A stretch of DNA of 64,000 bases from Nitrosopumilus sp. (GCA_965249555.1 OZ252243.1:928001-992000), one strand, 5' to 3'; positions 28,947 through 39,631 are shown, numbered from the stretch's first letter. Translations and numbers: made by a program. Notes: generated by a model from the sequence alone, not told the origin.

Positions 28947-30404
28947 ATGGACTATGAAGCAGTTATGAAATTGGCACTTGAGCGTGGATTTTACTTTCCT
29001 AGCTGTGAGATTTATGCTGATGCACAAGCTGGATTTTGGGAGTATGGACCATCTGGAGTTAGTTTGAAAAATAAATTTCTTGAATTGTGGAGAAGAGAGT
29101 TAATCCGAAGAGATGGAATGCTTGAGATTGATGGTTCACAAATAATGTCTAAATCAGTTTTTGAGGCATCAGGGCATTTGAGTAACTTTGCTGATCCAAT
29201 AATAAAATGCACAAAATGTAATTCAACATTTAGAGCAGATAGAACAATTGCAGATGTCGCAAAAATTGAAATTCCTGAAAGTGCAGGTTTGGAGGAATTT
29301 GATAATGCTATTTCACAAAATAACATAAAGTGCCCAAAATGTAAAGGAGATTTTGAGAAAACAAAGAAGTTCAATATGATGTTCAGAGTTGGTATTGGTC
29401 CTGAAGAAGAAGAAGCATATCTTAGACCGGAGACATGTCAATCAATCTTTGTTGATTTTCCCAGACTCTTTAAGACCATGCGAGGAAAACTTCCTTTGGG
29501 AATAGCTCAAGTAGGAAAGAGTTTTAGAAATGAGATAGCACCAAGACAGAGTCTGCTTCGTCTTAGAGAATTTTATCAAGCAGAAATTGAAGTCTTTTGC
29601 AATCCATCAAAGTTAGATGAGATGGATAAATTCTCAGAAATTCAAGATACAGTGATTAGAGTCCAAACAGATGCAGAACCTATTTCTATGACATGTAAAG
29701 AAGCAGTAGAATCAGGTACTATTCCAAACAAGTTTGTTGCATACTATTTGGGAATTTTGACTGAATTTTATGAAAAGACAGGAATAGACATTGCAAAAAG
29801 CAGGTTCAGAAAACTTGGTGATAAAGAAAAAGCATTCTATGCTGAAGTGGCATTTGATTTTGAGGTAGAAACCACAATAGGATGGCTAGAACTAGTTGCA
29901 TGTAACTATAGATCTGACTATGATTTATCCAGTCATGCAAAAAAGAGTAAGGAGAAATTTGAAGTAATGGATAATGATGAAAAGGTTCTTCCTCATATCT
30001 TTGAGATTTCAATGGGGATTGACAGGAGTCTTTACACCATCTTAGAGCACAGTTTGAGAGATGACAAGGAACATAAGAGAATTGTTCTATCACTAAAGCC
30101 ATATCTTTCTCCTGTTCATGTTGGAGTGTTATCTCTAGTCAAAAAGGATGGTCTCAAAGAGAAAACAGATGAGATTTATCTTCAAATTAAAAGAAAATGC
30201 GATGCATTTTTGGATCATTCTGGTGCCATAGGACGAAGATATAGAAGATTAGATGAGGTTGGTTCTCCCTTTGCCATAACTGTTGATCATCAAACTCTTG
30301 AGGATGAAACTGTAACCATAAGAAAAAGGGATTCGATGGAACAAAGTAGAATTAAGATTTCTGATCTTGATTCTACAATATCTGAATCAATTGCATTTCC
30401 ATAA
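28947..30404 (+). CDS. glyS: glycine--tRNA ligase (class II, homodimeric)
   Basis: LRPETCQ, GKSFRNEI, RLREF.QAE, GRRYRR.DEVG. Confidence 0.96.
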   Translation: MDYEAVMKLALERGFYFPSCEIYADAQAGFWEYGPSGVSLKNKFLELWRRELIRRDGMLEIDGSQIMSKSVFEASGHLSNFADPIIKCTKCNSTFRADRTIADVAKIEIPESAGLEEFDNAISQNNIKCPKCKGDFEKTKKFNMMFRVGIGPEEEEAYLRPETCQSIFVDFPRLFKTMRGKLPLGIAQVGKSFRNEIAPRQSLLRLREFYQAEIEVFCNPSKLDEMDKFSEIQDTVIRVQTDAEPISMTCKEAVESGTIPNKFVAYYLGILTEFYEKTGIDIAKSRFRKLGDKEKAFYAEVAFDFEVETTIGWLELVACNYRSDYDLSSHAKKSKEKFEVMDNDEKVLPHIFEISMGIDRSLYTILEHSLRDDKEHKRIVLSLKPYLSPVHVGVLSLVKKDGLKEKTDEIYLQIKRKCDAFLDHSGAIGRRYRRLDEVGSPFAITVDHQTLEDETVTIRKRDSMEQSRIKISDLDSTISESIAFP

Positions 30405-30427
30405 ATCAATTATACAAGTTTTAGAAA

Positions 30428-30580
30428 TTACTTTGAAAATGCTGTAATGGTTTCAGAGTGATATCTGTATTTTATCTTCACAGAGATGTCTTCCATTGCA
30501 TGTGCTTGTTGGATAAATCCATCCTCAGTCTCCACAGAAACAGTCCATTGACCAGTAATTGGATCAATGGAAGTTATTGA
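30428..30580 (-). pseudogene. orphan C-terminal gene fragment
   Basis: Coding-like frame ITSIDPITGQWTVSVETEDGFIQQAHAMEDISVKIKYRYHSETITAFSK* overlaps the rqcH stop. Confidence 0.3.
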
Positions 30581-32490
30581 GAATCTCCATAGCTAACTTT
30601 TTTGATTTGACTTTGTCCAGCTGGAAGAACACGAACAAAATCATCAATGCTTATATTTTTTGCAATCTCTTCTTCTAATTTTAAAAATTCAATTCTAATT
30701 TTTTTAGCAGCATCTACCATTTCTGTTCCATGTGGTTCAATAATTACATAACAAATAGAATTTTTTTTAATTGTTTCAGTAGGACCGGATGTTAAAACAT
30801 AATTATCATCTTGTGGAATAATTCCTACAGCTAATCTAAGAGTTTCTGATTTAATAAAATTTCTTTGTCCTTCAATTGAAAATGATCCTTTTGGTAAAAA
30901 TTCTCCACTCGGTGCTGCTTTTTTTACTTGTTCAGGATTTACCCAATATGCACTTACTCCATACATTCCCTCTCTCCAAGCTCTACTAAAACAAACAGTT
31001 GCATGTGCAACTTCATTCATACTTAGTGTTGATGCATTCTCTGCATTTTTTAAAATAAAAAATGGTGAACCAAAAATATCTCCATGAAAGACTTTATCAT
31101 TTTTTGCAAGATGTTTTCGTATAACTGCAGAGTTTGATGCAGCATCACGTCCTCCAATTGCGAGAAATCCATCAGATGTAAAAAACCATCTATAACGTTC
31201 GTACCAACTTTTCTTTCGTATCTCTGAAATTACAATTGCATTTCTTTCAGTTTCTGTTTGACTTTGTAATTTTTCAAGTTTCTTTGCTGTTTTAGTTTTA
31301 ATTTCCTCGATTGATTTTATTGCAGCAAACTGTCGTTTAGCTTCATTGAATAACATTGATGCAATTGATTGTAATGATGAAGTTGGTTTTATCTTAATTT
31401 TTTCGTCTTGAATTACTAATAACGTAATTCCTTTTTCTGTAGTAAGTTTAGCGTTGTTATTAGCAAGAAGTTTCTGTGCATTTGGGTCTTCAATGGAAAT
31501 AATTCCTTGAGAAACCATTTCAAAAAGGGAATTTGCTACTTTAGTTATGTATTCTGATTTTTCTTTAACAATTTGAATTGCTTTTTCTTGTTCACTTAGT
31601 TGACTTTGTAGTTGTTGAATTTTTTTGTTTGAGCTACTAAATTGAATTGATTTACCCTGTTCAACAATACTTTCTGTAAACACTCTATCAAGTCCTTCCA
31701 TAAATCCAGGAACAGAAGTACATTCCTCATCACTTTCCATTAATCTAACTGGTAAGATCTCAGCTTTATCCCCATAGATAATTACACTATCATGTTTTCC
31801 AGTTGTTACATTTGTAACAATTTCTTTTGTTGTTTCATAGATTTTTTTGATTTGTTCGTGACTTAGAGTATTTCCAATCTGTTTTGAATCAAGTTCAGCA
31901 ATTTTAAAAATTCCTTCAACATATTTTTTTGGCAAACCTAATGTTCTTCCTAACCATTTTCCAGAAGTAATATCTAATGTTTTTAATTGATTAAAATCAG
32001 ATTCAGTAATGTTAAAAATATCGAGACCATTTTGTGGAGGAGTTGTATATTCTAATCCTACACCTAGTTTTCTATGTCTGACATCTATTGAATGCTGTAG
32101 AGCAAGAATTTTCATATCTTTGTTACATATGAGGATGTTACCATCTCCAAAAAATTCCCCTACAATTACAAATTCCTTTCCAAATCCTTCAAATGTGAAA
32201 TAAGCAATTCTTTCTGAACCAATTTGTTCTACCTTTTTTAATTTCAGTCTAAGCATATCGCTTCGTAACCTCTTAAGCAATCTGTTTGGTTCCATTTGAT
32301 CTATTTTGACTGAAGTCAACCAAACACCAGATGTTGAAATCATCATAAACAGATCAGGTTTTTCAGTATGATGAAGTTTGAAAAGTATACTGTCTTTAGT
32401 AATTCCATAGATATTACTTACATAGTAATCTTGAACTTGTTCAGTAATTTGATTAACTAGATATCTTAATTCTATTCCAGCTAGGGCCAT
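30574..32490 (-). CDS. rqcH: ribosome quality control Rqc2/NEMF (NFACT) protein
   Basis: NFACT-N (ERIAYF, EFFGDGNILI) and NFACT-R (WYERYRWF.TSDG..IGGRDA, SGEFLPKGSF). Confidence 0.92.
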   Translation of the reverse strand: MALAGIELRYLVNQITEQVQDYYVSNIYGITKDSILFKLHHTEKPDLFMMISTSGVWLTSVKIDQMEPNRLLKRLRSDMLRLKLKKVEQIGSERIAYFTFEGFGKEFVIVGEFFGDGNILICNKDMKILALQHSIDVRHRKLGVGLEYTTPPQNGLDIFNITESDFNQLKTLDITSGKWLGRTLGLPKKYVEGIFKIAELDSKQIGNTLSHEQIKKIYETTKEIVTNVTTGKHDSVIIYGDKAEILPVRLMESDEECTSVPGFMEGLDRVFTESIVEQGKSIQFSSSNKKIQQLQSQLSEQEKAIQIVKEKSEYITKVANSLFEMVSQGIISIEDPNAQKLLANNNAKLTTEKGITLLVIQDEKIKIKPTSSLQSIASMLFNEAKRQFAAIKSIEEIKTKTAKKLEKLQSQTETERNAIVISEIRKKSWYERYRWFFTSDGFLAIGGRDAASNSAVIRKHLAKNDKVFHGDIFGSPFFILKNAENASTLSMNEVAHATVCFSRAWREGMYGVSAYWVNPEQVKKAAPSGEFLPKGSFSIEGQRNFIKSETLRLAVGIIPQDDNYVLTSGPTETIKKNSICYVIIEPHGTEMVDAAKKIRIEFLKLEEEIAKNISIDDFVRVLPAGQSQIKKVSYGDSQ

Positions 32491-32593
32491 AAACATCAAC
32501 TAAGAGTCTGAAATTATACTCTTACTATCAGATACGTGCATAAGATACCAAAGATATTAAACATGGTTTAATTGAGTCACGCTAGAAATTTAC

Positions 32594-33082
32594 TTGGCAA
32601 AATTCAAAAAGAAAAAATCACAACCGACAAAAGGAACAGATGACTCTAAAAAAGAATTATCTAAAGAAGAAACAAGTAATATTCCGGAAATTGAAAGTGA
32701 AACTTCTCCGGAAGCCCCTTCAAGTGAACCAGTGATAAATGAAGCTGAACGAGATGAAAAAGATAGAAAATTAAATAAATTATTTTGGATGCGAGTGGCA
32801 TTAGCTATAATTGCAGGTACAGCGGCTACTTTCATCTTTGAAGATATTGAAGGTGAAGAAAGAAGATGGTCTTCAATTGGTTTTATGATAATTTTATTTT
32901 TTGTTACAATAATGGTTGCAAAAGGAATGAAAATGCAGTTACCACGTTCCGATAGAAAAAAACTTGTAACACAAGGTATAGGAAGTTATATTTTCATGTA
33001 TTTGTTCACATGGATTCTAACTTACACACTTGTTACATATGTAGGAAGTATATCAAATGGAATTCCTTCACCAATTTCTTGA
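32594..33082 (+). CDS. membrane protein with three TM helices
   Basis: Charged N-terminus plus three hydrophobic segments; GIGSYIFMYLFTWIL. Confidence 0.7.
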   Translation: MAKFKKKKSQPTKGTDDSKKELSKEETSNIPEIESETSPEAPSSEPVINEAERDEKDRKLNKLFWMRVALAIIAGTAATFIFEDIEGEERRWSSIGFMIILFFVTIMVAKGMKMQLPRSDRKKLVTQGIGSYIFMYLFTWILTYTLVTYVGSISNGIPSPIS

Positions 33083-33099
33083 TCTACAAGGAAGAATAG

Positions 33100-33693
33100 A
33101 TGATGTGGAATTTTAAAACTCCTGGAATCCCTGATGAACAGTTTGAACGCACAGAGAAAGTTCCAATTACTAAAGAAGAAGTAAGAGTAATTCAAATTAG
33201 TAAAGCAAGATTACGTCCTGGACAATTAGTTTATGATGTAGGTTGTGGGAGTGGTTCAATTTCAGTAGAAGCAGCTATTCAAGTTGAATCAACTGGAAAA
33301 GTTTTGGCAATAGATTATGATGAAAATGCTATTGAATTAACAAAAAAGAATATTAAAAAATTTGGGCTTGCAAATATTTCATTAATTCATGGAAACGCAA
33401 AAGAAAAAATTCCCACACTAGAACCAGTTGATGCAATATTTATTGGTGGTACAGGTAAAGACACTGCTGAAATCGTTGAATTATGTCAAGACAAGTTAAA
33501 AACTGGTGGAAGAATTGTGATTGGAACTATATTGATTGAAACTCTCTATACTATTTTGCAAATACTAGATAAATTACAATTTGATTCTGTGGATATAACT
33601 CAAGTTACAATCTCAAAGAGTAGAAAGACAAGCACAGGAACTATGATGCTTGCTCGAAACCCTGTAACAATAATTTCTGCAACAAAATCATAA
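33100..33693 (+). CDS. cbiT: cobalt-precorrin-6B C15-methyltransferase (decarboxylating)
   Basis: PITKEEVR, DVGCGSGSIS, IFIGG, ARNPV. Confidence 0.93.
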   Translation: MMWNFKTPGIPDEQFERTEKVPITKEEVRVIQISKARLRPGQLVYDVGCGSGSISVEAAIQVESTGKVLAIDYDENAIELTKKNIKKFGLANISLIHGNAKEKIPTLEPVDAIFIGGTGKDTAEIVELCQDKLKTGGRIVIGTILIETLYTILQILDKLQFDSVDITQVTISKSRKTSTGTMMLARNPVTIISATKS

Positions 33694-33729
33694 TCTAGCT
33701 TTTAATTGGGAACATAAACCAGAATTTGT

Positions 33730-34452
33730 ATGACATCTTTAATTGGAATTGGAGTAGGTCCTGGAGATCCTGAATTACTTACGGTAAAAGCAGTAAAAGC
33801 TATTCATAATGCAGATATTATCATGTGTCCAGCCTCAAATGAAGATAGGCCCAGTATTGCATTATCTGTAATATCATCAATAATTGATGAATCTAAAAAT
33901 CAAGAAATTATAAAATTAATTTTTCCAATGACAAAAGACAAAGATGTTCTTGAGCAAACGTGGAAAAGAAATGCAAAGATTATGGCAGAAACAGTTTTGT
34001 CAGGAAAAAATGTTGTATATCTCACTGTTGGTGATCCATTTCTTTATAGTACTTGGATCTACATGCACAAAGATTTGAAAGAAAATTATCCTAACATGAA
34101 CATTAGTGTTATTCCAGGAATTGTTTCGATATTTACATTTGCAGCAAAGGTTGGTGTTAGTGTTGCTGAAGGTGCAGAAAAAGTTGCTATAATTCCATCT
34201 TGCTATGATTTATCTAGTGTAAAAGAAATTGCAAAACATTCTGAATCTATGATATTTCTTAAAGATGGAAGATATTTTGATCAAGTAATTAAAGTGCTAA
34301 AAGAATCTGGATTTCCTGATGACTCTATATTTGCAATTGGACAGGATCTTGGAACCGAAAATGAAATTATTCGAAAAATGACTTTGGGTGAAGTAAATGA
34401 TGGAACCTTAACTACAAAATATTTTTCAATATTGGTGGTAAAGCGTGTCTAA
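33730..34452 (+). CDS. cbiL: precorrin-2 C20-methyltransferase
   Basis: GVGPGDPELLTVKA, FPMTKD, GDPFLYSTW, KYFS. Confidence 0.93.
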   Translation: MTSLIGIGVGPGDPELLTVKAVKAIHNADIIMCPASNEDRPSIALSVISSIIDESKNQEIIKLIFPMTKDKDVLEQTWKRNAKIMAETVLSGKNVVYLTVGDPFLYSTWIYMHKDLKENYPNMNISVIPGIVSIFTFAAKVGVSVAEGAEKVAIIPSCYDLSSVKEIAKHSESMIFLKDGRYFDQVIKVLKESGFPDDSIFAIGQDLGTENEIIRKMTLGEVNDGTLTTKYFSILVVKRV

Positions 34453-35209
34453 AGTTTTTTTTGTTGGATGTGGTCCTGGTGATCCAGAATTAATTACAAT
34501 CAAAGCTAAAAAATTAATTCAGAAAGCTGATGTAATAGTTTATTCTGGTTCGTTAATTCCAGAACAAATTCTAAAATTTTGTAAAAAAGGAAAATTATAT
34601 GACGCATCAAAGTTGGTTAGAGAAGAAATTTTTGATCTACTTTACAAAAATGCAAAAAAAAACAAAGCAGTTGTAAGATTACACGATGGTGATCCATCAA
34701 TTTATGGAGCAATAAAAGAACAGATTGATAATTTAGAAAAAAAAGGAATTGAATCTACTGTTGTTCCAGGAGTTACTGCATTTTTAGCCTCAGCTGCAGC
34801 ACTAGGAACCCAACTAACACTTCCAGGAGTTACACAAACAATAATTGTAACAAGAGCAGAATCAAGAACCAAAGTTCCAAAACGAGAGAAAATTTCAGAG
34901 CTTGCAAAACATAAAGCAACTTTAATTTTTTATCTTAGTATACATCTTGTTTCAAATTTAGTTAAAGAGGCAATTGCAGGTGGCTACAAAAAAACTACAC
35001 CAGTAGCTGTAGTGTATAGAGCAAGTTGGAATGATCAAAAAATAATTAAAGGGACACTAGAAAATATTGCAAAAAAAGTTAAGAGTGAAAAGATTACAAG
35101 GACTGCAATTGTAATTATTAGTGATGTGATAAATCCTAAATCATATGAATATTCAAAATTGTATGATAAAAAATTTAGTCATGGCTATAGAAAAGCTAAA
35201 GTCAAATAG
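34445..35209 (+). CDS. cbiF: precorrin-4 C11-methyltransferase
   Basis: RLHDGDPSIYGAIKEQ, VVYRASW, SKLYDKKFSHGYR. Confidence 0.94.
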   Translation: MSKVFFVGCGPGDPELITIKAKKLIQKADVIVYSGSLIPEQILKFCKKGKLYDASKLVREEIFDLLYKNAKKNKAVVRLHDGDPSIYGAIKEQIDNLEKKGIESTVVPGVTAFLASAAALGTQLTLPGVTQTIIVTRAESRTKVPKREKISELAKHKATLIFYLSIHLVSNLVKEAIAGGYKKTTPVAVVYRASWNDQKIIKGTLENIAKKVKSEKITRTAIVIISDVINPKSYEYSKLYDKKFSHGYRKAKVK

Positions 35210-35966
35210 ATAAAAAAGATACTTTGTTTTTAATTTTTAATTGGATAAGATTTTTTTCAAGCTTAACTGGATCACCTGATGTAAAAATTTTTAATGAATT
35301 TCTCTTTGATTGATTATTTTTAATTATTTTAAAAACTTTTTCTGCAACAATATATCCAGGATCTATAAATTGAACATTTGGAAATTCATTTTTCAATAAT
35401 GATTTTAAAAATGGAAGATGTGTACTAGAAAGAGTTATGGTATCAATTGAATTTTTTGAAATAACATCATTTAGGACTTTTTTGATAATTTTTATACAAT
35501 ATTGTTTGTTTGTAATAAATTTTCCAGACTCTACAAGATTAACAAGATCTGATCCGTTAATTTTAAAAATTTTGTAAGATGTTGAAATTTCTTCTTCTTT
35601 AATGTAGTTTGATAATCCTTTACTCTTTATTGCAGACTTTGTTCCAAGTATTCCAATTCTTTTTGATTTAGAAATTTTACGAGCTTCATTTAGAGGTGGT
35701 TTTACTCCAATGACTTTGTCAGATGATAGATTCAGTATAAGACTAGGTGTGTTTGATGCCATTACCAAAACATCAGGAGAAAATTGTGCCTGAAGTGTTT
35801 TGATAGATTTTTTAATTATTGAGCCTAGTTGTGCTTGAGATTTATTCCCGTAAGGAAAGTTTTGTTCATCTGCAAAATAGATTATGTCAGACTTTGATAT
35901 TCTTTGAATAGCCTTGATTATGGAGAGTGAGCCCAAGCCTGAATCAAAAACCACAATTTTAGCCAT
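35202..35966 (-). CDS. glutamate racemase family protein with Cys-to-Ser active site
   Basis: FDSGLGSLS and FPYGNKS; ASNT and SSTHLPF stand where ACNT and GCTHYP are expected. Confidence 0.85.
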   Translation of the reverse strand: MAKIVVFDSGLGSLSIIKAIQRISKSDIIYFADEQNFPYGNKSQAQLGSIIKKSIKTLQAQFSPDVLVMASNTPSLILNLSSDKVIGVKPPLNEARKISKSKRIGILGTKSAIKSKGLSNYIKEEEISTSYKIFKINGSDLVNLVESGKFITNKQYCIKIIKKVLNDVISKNSIDTITLSSTHLPFLKSLLKNEFPNVQFIDPGYIVAEKVFKIIKNNQSKRNSLKIFTSGDPVKLEKNLIQLKIKNKVSFLSI

Positions 35967-36072
35967 AAATTTTAGGCGTAAACTCTTGCATAATAGTTTG
36001 TTAGCTAAATTTAATCCAAAGTCGATCTAAATGCACACAGTCCATTAAGACTAAATTTCTAAATGACCAGTC

Positions 36073-36723
36073 ATGCCAAAATTCGATAAGACTTGGGCTC
36101 GACAAGAGACCCAAAGTGTAACTGGCAAACTCCGTGAAGCAGTAAAGCCTCAAGGTGCATTAAAACCACGAATCCAAACTGCAGTAAACAAACTACAAGT
36201 CCAAATCTCAAAAATGGACTCTATGTTAACAAAACTGCACGAAAGAGATGCGCAACTCTTTCAGAGAGTCGTGACTGCAATGCAACAACATGATACTAGC
36301 ACAAGTAGAGTTTTGTCCAACGAATTAGCTGAAATTCGTAAAGTTACAAAGATGCTCGGCAACGCAAGAATGTCATTAGAACAAGTCCAACTAAGACTAA
36401 CAACGATTCATGATCTTGGTGATGCTATGGTAGCAATTGGACCAGCAATGTCTACAATGAAGGGATTGAAGTCATCGCTAGGAAGATTCATGCCAGAAGC
36501 AGACGCAGAATTGAATTCAATGTCCCAGACACTTAATGGACTTATGATGGATTCACTTGCAGGAGACTCATTTAGCATGGAGTCTGATGCTTCAAGTGAA
36601 GAAACAGAAAAGATTCTACAAGAAGCATCTGCAGTAGCTGAGCAACAGATAGGAGAAAAATTCCCGTCTGTTCCCTATTCAACTGGACTTTCGTCACAAA
36701 CCTCTACTTCTACCTTTGAGTAG
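36073..36723 (+). CDS. cdvB: ESCRT-III / Snf7 family CdvB paralog
   Basis: Snf7 helical hairpin, LSNELAEIRK, LEQVQLRL.T..DLGD, ILQEA. Confidence 0.88.
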   Translation: MPKFDKTWARQETQSVTGKLREAVKPQGALKPRIQTAVNKLQVQISKMDSMLTKLHERDAQLFQRVVTAMQQHDTSTSRVLSNELAEIRKVTKMLGNARMSLEQVQLRLTTIHDLGDAMVAIGPAMSTMKGLKSSLGRFMPEADAELNSMSQTLNGLMMDSLAGDSFSMESDASSEETEKILQEASAVAEQQIGEKFPSVPYSTGLSSQTSTSTFE

Positions 36724-36820
36724 ATTGGAAAGGACGAACGTTCATTCTTTTTATTTTAATTTTTTAAAAAATTATAGCCAAGTATTTTGTAACACAAAAA
36801 GTTTAGAAATTTTTTATTGA

Positions 36821-37240
36821 TTATGAGAATGTGTTGGTAAATGTACAGAGTACAATATCTAGATCTGCAGGAGTGAATGTTGTACCGACTAGTGTGCCAT
36901 TAACTGTACAATCAGAACCTGTTAAAGTAAAGTCAGATGGGATGCTAGTTTCATCAGTGGTGTAAGTAATTCCAGCTTCTAGAGTAATTACTGAAGATGA
37001 ACCAGTTCTTCCAATTAGAGATTCATAATCGAAAGTTTCTCCAAAGTCTTGTAAGTGTGATAAGAATTTTGGATCACCAGGAAGTTGTGGATCTTCCCAA
37101 ATGGAATAAAATTTATCATCTGTTCCCAAATTATCAGAGTAAGTACGGAATATTGGTATTCCATCAGTTCCACTTAATGCTTCAAATGATGAATATGTTT
37201 GTCCAAAGTCGTTAGAAAATCCCAATTTTGGGAATAGCAT
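36821..37240 (-). pseudogene. condensed relic of a surface protein (Asp-box motifs plus prealbumin-like C-terminus)
   Basis: SNDFGQTY and QDFGETF Asp-box-like motifs; ends E..IPSDFTLTGSDC...IVLCTFTNT; no signal peptide. Confidence 0.5.
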
Positions 37241-37303
37241 TATTAAATTTTGAACAAGATATGGAAAAATTCGTGAGCGGTTATACTAAGCGGAAAATAG
37301 AGT

Positions 37304-38458
37304 TTAGCCCCAAAGTTTTTCTTTGAAAGTGAGTTTTTTGTTTAAGATAAAGTTACCAAGTGCAGCAGTTGCAATAGCTGAAACTAAAGCCAGTGGATAT
37401 GCAATATTATGAGAATCTACTAACCAAAATACCATTCCTAGTTGTACTAGTGCACCCAATGAGCTAAAAATACTGAATTTTCCATATTGAGATAACGTTT
37501 TCTTTCGTGAAAAGTCTCTATCCTCAAATGTCCAGACTTTGTTTAAAATAAAATTAGTAGATATAGATGCAATTATTCCAAATACATTTGCATGAATATA
37601 CCAAAAGTCAGTTAGCCCAGATGTAAAAAGCATCGAAACAACATAATTGACAGCTAATCCAGAGACACCAACTGTAAAGAATCTTGCAGCTTTTGAAAGA
37701 AAACGAACTGAATTGCGTTTTTCATTTGTTGTTTTTATTTTTCCATTTTTGTATAATTTCCATACTGATTTAAAATAATCAAGAACAGTTGAACTATCTA
37801 ATTTACTTGAACCAAATTTTCTATTTTCAAAAGTATATGGAATTTCTTTTATGTTAATTCCTTTTGTTTTTACAAGAATTTCCAAAAGAAATTTGTAACC
37901 TAGTGTGTCAAAATTTAATTCTTTAATAATATTTTTTTTAAACGCAAAGAATCCAGACATTGGATCTTTAGTTTTAACACCTAATCCTTTTTTTGCAATT
38001 ATAGTTGCAATTTTACTCATTAGTTTTCGCTTAGTTGTCCAACCTTGAATATTTCCTCCTGTAATGTATCTTGAAGCTACAACAAGATCACATTGATATT
38101 GTTTAAGGGTTTCAATCATTTTTGGTATAATTTGTGGTGGATGTGAAAAATCAGAATCCATTACAACTATTGTTTCCCCTTTGGCATTTTGAATTCCATT
38201 TAGAATTGCAGAAGAAAGTCCATTCTTTGCTTTTCTATGAATCACATCAATAGTGTTTTCTGCAATTTTTTTAATGCTATAAATATAATCTTCTACAATT
38301 TTGCCGGTTCCATCAGGAGAATTGTCATCAACTACAATTGTTTCAGTATAGATTCCTTTTGGAATATTAGCGCGAATTGATTTAAGAATACCAATAATAT
38401 TTTGAGATTCGTTATATGTAGGAATAATAATTGATATTTGAGGATTCTTCTGAGTCAA
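37304..38458 (-). CDS. GT2 dolichol-phosphate mannose synthase-like enzyme with C-terminal GtrA domain
   Basis: IIPTYNE, VVDDNSPDGT, MDSDFSHPP, DPMSGF; GtrA NFILNKVWTF. Confidence 0.92.
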   Translation of the reverse strand: MTQKNPQISIIIPTYNESQNIIGILKSIRANIPKGIYTETIVVDDNSPDGTGKIVEDYIYSIKKIAENTIDVIHRKAKNGLSSAILNGIQNAKGETIVVMDSDFSHPPQIIPKMIETLKQYQCDLVVASRYITGGNIQGWTTKRKLMSKIATIIAKKGLGVKTKDPMSGFFAFKKNIIKELNFDTLGYKFLLEILVKTKGINIKEIPYTFENRKFGSSKLDSSTVLDYFKSVWKLYKNGKIKTTNEKRNSVRFLSKAARFFTVGVSGLAVNYVVSMLFTSGLTDFWYIHANVFGIIASISTNFILNKVWTFEDRDFSRKKTLSQYGKFSIFSSLGALVQLGMVFWLVDSHNIAYPLALVSAIATAALGNFILNKKLTFKEKLWG

Positions 38459-38575
38459 ACCTTACTTCATCTCTACCCTAAAACAAATTAATATTAATTT
38501 ATAATAAATTTCATGCCTAAGTTATCTTTTGTTCACAAGAATTTTTTAGAAAAATTGTATCTGACATTTGATCTA

Positions 38576-39175
38576 TTACCATCGAAAAATTCCTATTCTT
38601 GCTTTAGATTGTACTAGAATTATTGTAAAAATTAGGATTGTAAATACCAGGATTGGTAGGCTCAATTCAGGAAGCGATTTATCAGGAGATATGATATCTC
38701 CCCACTTAGATGGAGATGAAATATCAGAAGAATTATCTCTTGTAGAATTTTCAGGCCATGAATAAAATTTATCTAAACTGGCATCATAAACTGAAAGATA
38801 TAATCCATAATTATCTGAACGTTCTAGTAATTGAATTGGAATTTTAAATTCATAACTTGGATGAGGTGTTTTAGTATAACGATCATTTTCATCAGATACA
38901 GAACTAATTGCAATAAAATCATCAGGATTAGAAATTTTATTCATGGATATAGATTCATCTAAAGAATTACCTTGAAAAATAGAACCTTGATCATTTCCTA
39001 ACAAAACAGAAAAACAGAAGTCGTCAATATCATGAATTTCACTTTTATTGTTTTTTCCATCTAAACAAACAGTTGCTTCATCCATTTTTTTATCAAGTGT
39101 CAAATCATTTACAGGATCAACAAAAACATAAATGTAATCTCCAAAATGAGCTGTCCACAGATGTATTACCATTTC
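38576..39175 (-). pseudogene. 5'-truncated secreted protein with a C-terminal PEF-like anchor
   Basis: C-terminal LPELSLP plus TM helix and basic tail, but no signal peptide. The upstream part of ORF 38576..39232 is antisense to the neighbouring remnant. Confidence 0.55.
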
Positions 39176-39177
39176 TC

Positions 39178-39584
39178 CTAGGAATCGATAACAGAACATT
39201 AGCAGACGCATCAGACGATACAGATGCTGCATGTTCTAAGGATGGTTCCGGTGCTGGTCAAAGTGGTGGTGGAGAAATGGCTAGAAGACTAGTAATTCCA
39301 ACAGCAACTCAAGCATCAGGTGCTACATCAAGCGCTGTTGTAGAATTAAACACTGCAATTCCATTCACATTTGATACCAGTAATGCAACTGATGTAATTG
39401 ATCAGGTGTATTCAACGCCAATTATCAAGGTTCAGTTACCAATGGTCAATGTTACGGAGGAACTTCCCAAACAGCAACTACTGACTTCAATATGTTCTCA
39501 AGACAACTACTTAATGGTGTCACTGGAATTTCAGTAAGTGATGGAGATAGTCTCTCTGTTAAATGGACAATCACAGTAGGATAA
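39178..39584 (+). pseudogene. 5'-truncated, frameshifted beta-rich protein gene
   Basis: The ORF 39073 frame runs to about 39400, then a shifted frame gives SGVFNANY...NMFSRQLLNGVTGISVSDGDSLSVKWTITVG*. Confidence 0.6.
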
Positions 39585-39631
39585 GATTATTATTTTTTTA
39601 AAAGTAATCTTGTCTTTTTATTTTTAACTTC

